Of a DNA stretch of 64,000 nt, positions 51,001 through 59,225 are shown piece by piece. Position 1 is the stretch's first letter, and each line of letters begins with the position of its first letter. Both the position numbers and the translations under genes were made by a program. The notes beneath the pieces are model-generated. The model did not search any database. It was not told where the DNA came from and saw only the letters and a list, made by a program, of their open reading frames with translations. The stretch comes from Macrostomum lignano (Eukaryota). The stretch is taken from the NCBI GenBank assembly GCA_002269645.1, contig NIVC01002503.1, positions 102,728 to 166,727 on the forward strand. Direction: 5' to 3'.

Positions 51001-52683
51001 CTATTGTACTTAGCCAAATCCTCCAAAGCCAAGACTGCCAACAGGCGCCTGGTGGTGCCTGAGACCGCAGACGTCGGTCATCTGGTCCTTCAGTATCATG
51101 GCCAGTTGAACCATTGCGGTATCACCAAGACGATGGCCGCCCTGAAGGCGCGCTTCGTTATTTCCGACTTAGATACTATAGTCAAGGGGGTCCTGGCCGA
51201 ATGCACCGTTTGCGCTAAGACTAAGAAGTCAAAGCGTAAGCTCAAGGCCCCTATGCAACCAGAACTGTCCGGCTACCCGAACCAGGTTGTCCACGTGGAC
51301 CACGCAGGCCCGTTCGAAGAGTGTGACGGGTACAAGTACCTGCTGGTTATGATCGACAGGTTCACCGGGTTTGTTGAAGTAGTCCCTGTTCCCGACGTCA
51401 GCGCAGAGACCACTGCCACAACCATCCTGACTGAATGGGTTGCCAGGTATGGGGTGATGGAGCAGCTGGTGTCTGATAACGGAACTGCCTTCATCAATAG
51501 TACCATGATAGAATTAACTAGGCTCCTACAGATTGACATGGGTCGGATCACAGCCCGTCGCCCTCAGGCTAACGGTAAAGCTGAGAGGATGATCCAGACG
51601 GTGAAAGCCCAGATTAGAGCCATCTGTCTTGAGAGACAATGCGACTGGCCCCTTGCCAGCCGCCTGGCCGCCCTGTCAATCCGTGCCACAGTCGCCGAAT
51701 CCACCGGATTTACTCCAGCCAAACTTTTCTTCGGGCGTGAGTTCGAACTACCGCTCGACCTCTGTCACAATCCACCGCCAAATGAACACTACCAGCCGGA
51801 GAGGTACGCCCACCAGTTGCACCGCACGCTAGTCGAAACCTCTGCCCTAGCCCGCCGCACTAGGGGTAAAGCCCAGGAGAGGCAGAAAAGGTATTACGAC
51901 CGCCGCGCCCTCCGCGCTGAGTTCCACGAGGGAGAGTTAGTCTGGGTCTTGAACCCGAACCACAAGGGCATAGAACCCGCTGTGTGGTTGGGGCCATACC
52001 GAGTAGTGCAGCGCTGCTCCGAGCGGACTTACCGTTTAGTCCCCGAGTATGGTCTCCTAAACCCAGCAGATCGGGTGCCAAATCCGCGCCATAACATTTA
52101 CAACATTGACCGCCTCAAACCGTGCATCAGACAGCCCACTTACCAAGACGTAGTTGACCGGTATGGTGAGGCCACCCATGCCAGGTCTCCAGCGCCTAGT
52201 GTGAACCCGCCCAGCGGACCCGCGAGCGAGCTTAGCCTCGTCACCATTCCCCAGCCTTCCTCTGCCCGGCCAGAGAGCCCACGCAGAGCGCCAGGGCCAA
52301 ATCCACCACCGCCAGCTTCAGGCGCCTTTGAGGAGGGGGCGGGAGCTGAAGCGGGAGAAGGCCAACCATTCGCCGAAGCTGGCGATGCTGTAGTTATTGA
52401 GGGACAGCCACAACCAGACACTGACACTGACAGCACAGACACTGACACCAGCCACAGCCAAGACAGCTCAGAGTCGCTGTACACGGCTTCCTTGGGGGAC
52501 CCTTCCTCCGAGCAATTAGAACCACCTGAGATTGCTGCGAATCCAGTCGCTGCGCAAGCAGCTGAGCCACCAGCCCCGGCTGACGTACCCAGATCCAGGT
52601 ACGGACGCCCCATCCGCCCGCCTGTCAGGTACCGGACCTGTCAAGTGTCCGACCTGCTCCAGCAGTGGGGAAGCAGACACTAA
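47947..52683 (+). CDS. Pol of element B: cold-shock domain, protease, RT, RNaseH and integrase with GPY/F; probably expressed by -1 frameshift
   Basis: The frame is open from 47947 (after a TGA), upstream of the TTG used in the ORF track. Motifs: YGFI/LFVHIS, LDSGA, YLDDII, CDSSLDGTGGVL, H..H..C..C, HVDHAGP/SDNG/AERMI and LGPYRV. Confidence 0.93.
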   Translation: MSIALAEATVAKAAPGSQNQQPSRGKVTTELGTIATWSQNYGFIQSEHLPEKLFVHISQLSPSLRSLVEQHRLRGTRVKFQRQVDPGRQHDKACNVQPQPGDSDPQCRQGGYTADTFESSYFVQLGVGDSKVLACLDSGANASIMGADVKAKLVAADPVNNIFTPSANKQRATAFGGSQVDILGSLRCEINLGNTTKQHVFLVTAYCTTEALLGMDFLRSFEMLLDFNSGRALVAGVSVPVIEGDKGIFQLRRVMAAGTVELPPHSETLIPSRVLDSSPYTSGIVMSRILGPETEQLVAKTLDSVSDTNHILVRVLNSGEQPIQITRGQEIASFQELDSHEVIAQTTLKESDFSLDNVANLTSQLSKLPPPSRELAKWLTTQFQLDQAKLSRGQLATVLKLLNYFNSQISRSNADLGHTNLHEMGIELIDPKAKPVAQPYRRTTPAQKEFLDQNIAQMLEQGVIEECDSDWVSPIVLVKKKDGTQRLCIDYRAVNKLIKPCSFPLPLIEESFDSLAGATVFSSLDLTSAYWQVGIKEEARDYTAFACPQGTFRWKVVPFGIKTAPANFAKLMHKVFRPLLMKVSLIYLDDIIIKAVNNDQMIAHLALVLWQLRKAGLKIKPSKCELFKDKVAFLGFVVSSRGIEADPAKTQAVQDWPKPLSKKQLLSFLGFANYYRKFVPRFSIIATPLYALAKKDAPFLWQPHHERAFQELKHSLCSPPILAYPDLSAKGREFILDCDSSLDGTGGVLYQLGPDGQEQVIAYASKKFNSSQRNYCATMRELLGLVLMLEHFRPYLLDKPFTVRVDAAALKWLHSKKHATGMLAQWLATIELYPLKVQQSTLERIAEYDFTVQYRPGVDHVPADALSRLPKFRADHFDCPTCSQIPEFKGKFLDQDPKHRRTPPSRELRQVCVQTIGISVACQTDTDAPAEPTPNVRATASGAVPSPETESRQPETESQVPPELIWAQNAQDSCVDMARLIASVQCKTEPLSKAELQGCSREMRSLWAQFNDLEVVEGLLYLAKSSKAKTANRRLVVPETADVGHLVLQYHGQLNHCGITKTMAALKARFVISDLDTIVKGVLAECTVCAKTKKSKRKLKAPMQPELSGYPNQVVHVDHAGPFEECDGYKYLLVMIDRFTGFVEVVPVPDVSAETTATTILTEWVARYGVMEQLVSDNGTAFINSTMIELTRLLQIDMGRITARRPQANGKAERMIQTVKAQIRAICLERQCDWPLASRLAALSIRATVAESTGFTPAKLFFGREFELPLDLCHNPPPNEHYQPERYAHQLHRTLVETSALARRTRGKAQERQKRYYDRRALRAEFHEGELVWVLNPNHKGIEPAVWLGPYRVVQRCSERTYRLVPEYGLLNPADRVPNPRHNIYNIDRLKPCIRQPTYQDVVDRYGEATHARSPAPSVNPPSGPASELSLVTIPQPSSARPESPRRAPGPNPPPPASGAFEEGAGAEAGEGQPFAEAGDAVVIEGQPQPDTDTDSTDTDTSHSQDSSESLYTASLGDPSSEQLEPPEIAANPVAAQAAEPPAPADVPRSRYGRPIRPPVRYRTCQVSDLLQQWGSRH

Positions 52684-52696
52684 CCGCCAGTTTTTC

Positions 52697-52990
52697 ACGC
52701 CCCGGGCAAGGCGTAAAACTACCTCCTGTGGCACCTGTCAGCCACAGGTCTCTGCGGCACCTGTAGACCGCAAGTTCACGCCCCGGGCAAGGCGTAAAAC
52801 TACCTCCTGTGGCACCTGTCAGCCACAGGTCTCTGCGGCACCTGTAGACCGCAAGCTCACGCCCCGGGCAAGGCGTAAAACTACCTCCTGTGGCACCTGT
52901 CAGCCACAGGTCTCTGCGGCACCTGTAGACCGCAAGCTCACGCCCCGGGCAAGGCGTTAAACTACCTCCTGTGGCACCTGTTGGTCACAG
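52697..52990 (+). repeat. 81-bp tandem repeat with internal hairpins, about 3.5 copies, in the 3' UTR of B
   Basis: Units start at about 52697, 52777, 52858 and 52939. Confidence 0.88.
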
Positions 52991-53099
52991 GTCCCTGCGG
53001 CATCTGCCAGCCGCAAGCCACAAAACACAAGCCACAGCTGTTACTCACTGCCAGATACTAGTGTGCACAACTTCCACAGCTGTACCAGCCAACAGCCAA

Positions 53100-53792
53100 C
53101 CACCGTAGTCAAGGGGATAAACTGCGGCGACATTGCAATTTGATAATTTATATAGCTAACTAAAATAAATAAAATAAAAATAAAACACTAGCAGAATTAG
53201 CATAATATGCCGACAGTATAAATACTATATTGTTCTAACGCAAGAATATATATAATATCGCAGCACCCAACTCCGACTGCACCTGGTCGGCGTTGCCGTA
53301 GTCTATAGAATACACTACGGCGCTAGAAACAAATAGTAGATAAGACATTAGCCTTAGCTCAAATATTCAAAAGTAAACTAAAAAATTAATGCATAAATAT
53401 GGCATAAAATAATGCATATATTGGTCGAAAAATGAGTACGAGATGAATACTATAAATATAATAGTTGTCAAAATATTCTGTAGACGTCCTCTGCCTGCAT
53501 CGGCGTTGCCATAATCGATAAAATACACTAGGGCACGTATAAACATTATAGCAATGGCAAAAATGATTAAAATAATTGATAGCAATGGCACCCGTTCGGT
53601 GTTGCCAAAGTCGATGAAATGAATAAGTGCGTCATCTCTGACGCTAATAGTAATACCCCGAAACCATGTAATGTGCAATATACGGTTAGTAATTAAAGCA
53701 TAACTACTGGCGACTAGTGAAACGCATAAATAACTCAAAAAGGAAAATAAAAACTGAAAAAAAGCAACCATTGAAAACTCGAAAAAATGCAT
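53100..53792 (-). other. Four Tudor-domain-like fragments, antisense to element B
   Basis: WFRGITISVRDDALIHFIDFGNTERVP, LVYFIDYGNAD, VVYSIDYGNADQV and (weaker) AVYPLDYGGW, separated by AT-rich spacers. Confidence 0.7.
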
Positions 53793-54014
53793 ATAGGAAC
53801 ATAGCTAGCTCAGTGCAGCGCGACCCTGGTCAGCTCATTGACGAGTGCAGCGTAACGCTGCGCAGCTGGCTGATCAGGTCAGCGTCGTTTACTTCAAAAA
53901 TCAACTGCAATTGATCATTAAATTTCGCAAATTCCATAAACACTAGGTAGATATAATACTTGTGGGGTAAAAGTAAGCACTACACACACACACACCGCAC
54001 CGCACGCACGCTCT

Positions 54015-54360
54015 CTCTGCCTTTGGCGCGTAGCGCCGTCCTCCGCCTGGCGCGCTGCGCCGTCCTCTGCCTTTGGCGCGTAGCGCCGTCCTCTGCCTTT
54101 GGCGCGTAGCGCCATCCTCTGCCTTTGGCGCGTAGCGCCATCCTCTGCCTTGGCGCGTAGCGCCATCCTCTGCCTGGCGCGTGGCGCCGTTCTCTGCCTT
54201 GGCGCGTGGCGCCGTTCTCCTGCCTTGGCGCGCTGCGCCGTTTCCTGCCTTGGCGCGCTGCGCCGTTCTTTGCCTTGGCGCGCTGCGCCGTGTCTCCGCC
54301 TTGGGCGCTCTTGCGCCGGTTTCTCCCTTCCGCCTTGGCGCGCCGCGCCGTGTCCCGCCG
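54015..54360 (+). repeat. About 26-bp GC-rich tandem repeat (CTCTGCCTTTGGCGCGTAGCGCCGTC)n
   Basis: About 12 degenerating units, each with GGCGC-GTA-GCGCC. Confidence 0.85.
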
Positions 54361-54842
54361 CCCTTGACGCTTGGCGTCGTTTGCCCGCAGTTGTCCGGAC
54401 TGTGCCTCTGTTCCGTGCCTCTGCTCTGCATCCTTTGCCTCATCCACCTTGTCATCCTTGTTCTGTGTTTGCCTCATCCATCGTATCACTTCTGCGCGTC
54501 CTTTGTCGTTTTTGTGTTCGCGCGCGCCGCGCGCTCCGTCGTGCACTACTTTCCGTAACCATTGTTGTATTTTGTAATGTTTTTGTAACACCACCATGTT
54601 GTATTGCTCGTGCTCACCGTGTTCTACTGCCCTGTAATGTTCTGCTCTCGTAATAGTCTGTAGCCTTTGGAACTTTGTAATTTTGTCCGGTAATCATATG
54701 CTCATACAAACTGACTCAACCCCACTGTAATTCACTCTGCTATAATTTCATAAACTGCGGTCACGTTGTGTTTTTCTTGCCGTCACCCCGCGTGTTGGTT
54801 TTCTTTTTGCGCGACCCTATCCTTTTTCGGAAGGGAGGCGGG

Positions 54843-55673
54843 TGTGACGTTGTCAGTTTAAGGTGGTCCCGAAAAGGGCCGTTGGACTGCTGTTCTCCAT
54901 AGTCATTCAACCCTTCAGTTTCACCGTTTCAACTAAACTTTTCCATTCGTTTATTGCGACGTTTACTTGTAGTAGTGCCCAACGATTTTGTGGCAATTTC
55001 TAATTCACTGTATATTTTGCTATCCTCTCTCGCGACCGTATAAAATTGGCACGATCGATAATTTTAAGTTCTCTCGCCAGCCAATGAAATCACTCGTGCT
55101 CGCGCTACCCCCCTCTGCGCTCTTTTATTAAACCCCCCGCCTGGCGGCGGGCACCCCTCACCGCCCTTTTTCGTCTCTCCCCGCTTGTCCCTTGTTTCCT
55201 TCCCTGCGGCCTCTTAGCTGTCTTATCTGTTTGTCTGGCTGCCTCGAGCCTCCTTATTTCTCACCACGGCCCTTCTGTCTGGGCCAGCCTGCTCACACAC
55301 TTACTTGACTGTTTCACGCCACGACCGACGCCTACTCACCACTACGTTTCACTGCCTTCACGGTGCTCATAGCCACTGCTCACGTCACGTCGCCATTGTG
55401 TCATTCGCCTGCCACTTGACTTCATATCCAAATTATATTCAACCCATTGCTGCAGCCGCCAGTGCCCAGAAAGCTATAGTCTGTTTATTGCCAGTAACAA
55501 CCAAACTTAATACTGATATTAACAATAAAGACAACTACGGCAGTTCCTGCCTTTATCGCCAAGTGCTCCGCTACAAAATCCGCTTTACAAGAATTGACTT
55601 CAACTTATTTCGGGACTAAAACGGCCCTTTTAAGGGTCACCGCATAGCTGGCCGCTACGCCAATAACGTGACA
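54843..55673 (+). repeat. 3' LTR of element B (831 bp)
   Basis: One extra C in a C-run and one C>G relative to the 5' LTR, by eye. Confidence 0.96.
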
Positions 55674-57385
55674 ATGTCTTTTCTTACGGTACTAAGAGTG
55701 AGAGGCCAACACAGACTTATTTTTATGAATTTGATTGACGCACAACAAAGACTCGTATATGATTAGTAAAAGGTGGCATATTAGAAAAACAAGTTTTTAT
55801 TAGAAAAATAGTGAAATTAAAAATAGTGGCACACACAGAAACACACACACAGGCCTCATTCACATCTCCGAAACCCTCAAAACTTAACAGCCGAAAGAGT
55901 TTGAAAGAGGAATTAATCATTAATTTGACTGCCACCAGTTTGATGTACTATTATAAAAGAGAAAGGGAACCTACCACCACCTTGGCGCATTACTAAAGAA
56001 AAGAAAAGGAGGATCCGCCACCATTTTGAGAGAGGTTGCTAGGGAAAACTGCCACCATTTGTACATTACCAGGGAAGAGAAAGAGGGACCTCGTCACCAA
56101 TTAGAGTGGATTGCACGGGGAAACTGTCACCATTTGCCCTTCTACCAGAGGAGAGGAAGACGAAAAACTGCCTTCACTTTAAGGTGTATTATTAAAAGAA
56201 GGCGGGGAATAAGGCTACCACTACTTGATCACCTAGAGCTCAAGAGAAGGAGAGGGAATGAAGAAATGAAGAAACCCCCAAGAAGGCCACTATCACACGC
56301 CATAAAGTTAAGATCCCCATCTATCTACATCCTAATAATTTGCTAGTTTCCTAACTCCTATCTCATCCCTTAAATTCTCATTTTCAGGATTCCGGCCGCT
56401 AGTAGCCGAGCCCATCCTTGAAGAGGAGTCCGACTGCGAAGCGCCCGAAGACAGCCATTCAGAGCCGGACGCCCCTCTGATTCTGGGCCGGCTGCGCCAT
56501 CTGGTGACATAGGCGCCGCGGCTCCCGGGCCATGCGACCGCCGAGCCGCCAGCGAACCAGCGTCCGGGGCCGGTTGGCATTCGGTACCACCGCCGTTGTC
56601 AGCCCGAGCGCACGCTCCGCCGCCGGTCGCCGCGGTGGCGCCCGTGGCTGCCGCTCCACAGCCCTTGCCAACCCCTGTGGTGGAGACCGACGGCTCCTGG
56701 CACTTGGTCGTGCTGTCGACGGCCCTAATAGCCGGTCTCACAATGCACTGGCTACTGCTCTTGGAGCTATTTCTGCGGCTTCCCAACTGCTGATGCTGGT
56801 GGTTCTTAATGCTTACTTAACTTACTAATTCTAAACTATCTGTCCCCATAACTTGACTTTAATTACTTACCTGACTTTACATTGACTAAACCACTGGCCT
56901 ACTCTAAACTAATTGCTGCCCCATTTGCCTGATGAACTTAATTACATTGAATGCCCCCCCCCCTATTGCCTCATCGAAACCAATTAAAAGTTTCCCAAAA
57001 TCGGACTTTCACAAAGTGTGAACAAACACACGAAATCAGACCTAAAGGTGCTAATTTCCTACGGTCCCAGACTTCCATTGTTCCCAGAAAATCTTAAACA
57101 GCGGGGCAGGACCTCCTGTGGAGCAGACCCATAGAAATTTCACTAGTTTCCAAGTTAATATTTACTGATAGGGAATTAACGCATACTGTACGGGCCTAAT
57201 TTTCGAGCTAAAATCTTAGATATTTAAACAACACCAACGAGCACGAGGTCACAACATAAATTCGAGTAATAGAGGGCATACGTAAATACGCGAAAAGCGA
57301 TCTCCAACGGGGCAACACGAGCAAAATTTCGACACGCGAATCGGGGGGGGATTAAGCAATCACTGGCTAGCTACCGATCTGTTAC

Positions 57386-57910
57386 TCAGCGGGGGTCGAA
57401 TGGGAGACTCACACCTAGCAAGTAAACCTTTTCTGTTCGATAGTCTATGATAGCATGCGTACTGGCTAGAAAAGCACTACCCAGGAGGGAAACTGCTGCT
57501 GAATTGCCAACGACCAGAAAGGGGATTCTCACCTCTTCTAGCCCAATAACTGCTGTGAGGGTGGCCTGGCCTAGCATCTCTAATTCATTGCCCGTGTAGG
57601 ACACGGCCCTCACACATGGGGGCTCCAGGGCCTCCACACTCTGTCCGGCAATTTTAGTAAAGTCTTTGACTGTTAGCAAAGACAGCGCACTGCCCCCATC
57701 TACCAGGAGGCGGGTGGGAACATTCTCAATTGGCAACTCTACAACAATATCTCTCCCGCGTTGTCCTCCAGCTGGTCGTGGCTGATAGAAATCGGGTACC
57801 TTCTCAAATCTAAACTTCTTGCTGGGCGGACGTGGCAGGTTAAGCTGGGCCCTAGAGGGGGAACGGGGCTGAGTTCGGGCCGGGCCATTCAGCCCTCCCA
57901 CGGGTTTCCC
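57386..57910 (-). CDS. Retroviral-type aspartic protease of element A, ending in a stop right after the domain
   Basis: LLVDGGSALSLL and LLGSAFL...IDY...VYL match the retropepsin pattern. Entered via the slippery G_GGA_AAC (57910-57904). Confidence 0.8.
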   Translation of the reverse strand, partial: GKPVGGLNGPARTQPRSPSRAQLNLPRPPSKKFRFEKVPDFYQPRPAGGQRGRDIVVELPIENVPTRLLVDGGSALSLLTVKDFTKIAGQSVEALEPPCVRAVSYTGNELEMLGQATLTAVIGLEEVRIPFLVVGNSAAVSLLGSAFLASTHAIIDYRTEKVYLLGVSLPFDPR

Positions 57911-59225
57911 GAACCCGGGGGCTCTTCAGGCGTGGAAGGAGGAGGCATCAGAGCTGCTGCGCGCGCAGCTGGGCGAGCCTCTCCTGCCTCTCCCTGGTAG
58001 CCTCGTCTAACATATCTCTGCCCCACTCCTCTAAATCTTGCCTATGGCGATCAGGTGGCGCACGAAGCTGCAATTGCTGCTGCTGCACACCCGGCGCCGG
58101 CGGCGTGGGCGCCTCCTGAATTGCAAGCGGCGGGGGGCTGGGGTTGGCGCCAGTTCCTACTGCTATTAGAGCCGCCCTGCCCTGCCTCCAGTTCCTGTTG
58201 GGAGTGGCGGGGCGAGGGGGCCTCATCTGCTGGGGCAGCTGGGCAACAGACTCTGCTGTCGCCTTCATAGTTTCATTGAGCTGCACCAGCTGGTTGCGCA
58301 GATCCTTTTGCGTTTGCTCTAGCGCGCCCAACCTCTCTTGCATCTCTGATAGGCCGTCACCGTCCTCCTCCGTCTCGTCAGCTTCCTGGTTCACCATCCT
58401 GACCCACTTGCGAGGGGCTGGGTGGCTGCTGAGGTTGCAGACGGACTTCGGTGCGGGACTCAGACCTGGGCGGGCCACTACTGTCCCATTTCCCGGCTAA
58501 GTCTGCGGCTTCTAACAGGGCTTGCTGCTGTTCTAACACCTGCTCAATTGTCTGCCAGCGACGGCTCAACAGATCTTGTCTGACCTGGCGGGGGAGCTTA
58601 GCGTGTTCCAAGTAGGTGTACACGATTGCTTGTTCTCTCTGCTCACCCTGAATCTGAGGAAACATGGCCGTTATCTGAGATCTTATCATAGCAGCAAAAG
58701 CACTATGTGATTGGCCGGGTTTCTGGCTCAGATTCTTCAGCTTATTCCTCTTAGCCAGATCAGTGTTGGCCTCGCCCAACTGCTCTCCTAATCTAGATAC
58801 GAACTGCTCAAAGGGCAATTGCCCGTCCAATCCTAAGGCTAAGTTCTGAAATTCACCTGGGAGGTGCGAGATGAGCACCTGCTTCCTAGCCTGATCTCCT
58901 ACAGTTCTCTCCGCGTCCAGCTTGTAGATCATTCTCTCTACCCATTGCACAAAACAGTGTTCGCCGGGAGAGAACTTTTCTACGTAGATTTTCGGCCTCT
59001 GGGCGTCTTGGCCCATGTTTAGCTGGTTAAACGCATTGGCTATAGCGGCAACTAAGTCTCCTAGCTGCGGGACTGCCTGAGGAGGATTCTGGGCTGCGTC
59101 CGGGGAGCAGCGGCGGCTGCTGCGTCACCCTGATTGGGAGCGGGAGCTGCTACTCCTTCATCTGGTTCCTCAACTACTACTGCTTCTGGAGGCTGAGGGA
59201 CCTGGTTACCAGCGGCTGCGGCCAT
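57895..59225 (-). pseudogene. Gag of element A, broken by three 1-nt frameshifts (about 59100, 58500 and 57950)
   Basis: ATG at 59225 (MAAAAGNQVP), capsid-like VEKFSPGE..FVQWVERM...LSQKPGQS, a coiled-coil, and a C-terminus ...PPGSGNPWEG*. No zinc knuckle was seen. Confidence 0.75.

Larger units (their letters stand above)
45320..55673 (+). mobile_element. Intact Ty3/gypsy LTR retrotransposon B, 10.35 kb, nested in element A
   Basis: LTRs 45320-46149 and 54843-55673 (TG...CA; about 2 differences seen). 4-bp TSD ATGT (45316-19, 55674-77). tRNA-Gln PBS, PPT GGAAGGGAGGCGGG (54829-42), open gag and pol. Confidence 0.97.

Noticed and set aside
53918-54653. ORFs of 82-205 aa on both strands in the B 3' UTR
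   Set aside because: They are translations of the 26-bp GC-rich array.
58485-58497. G_GGA_AAT slippery-like site in gag A
   Set aside because: It would shift in the wrong direction relative to the required frame change and lead to a nearby stop.
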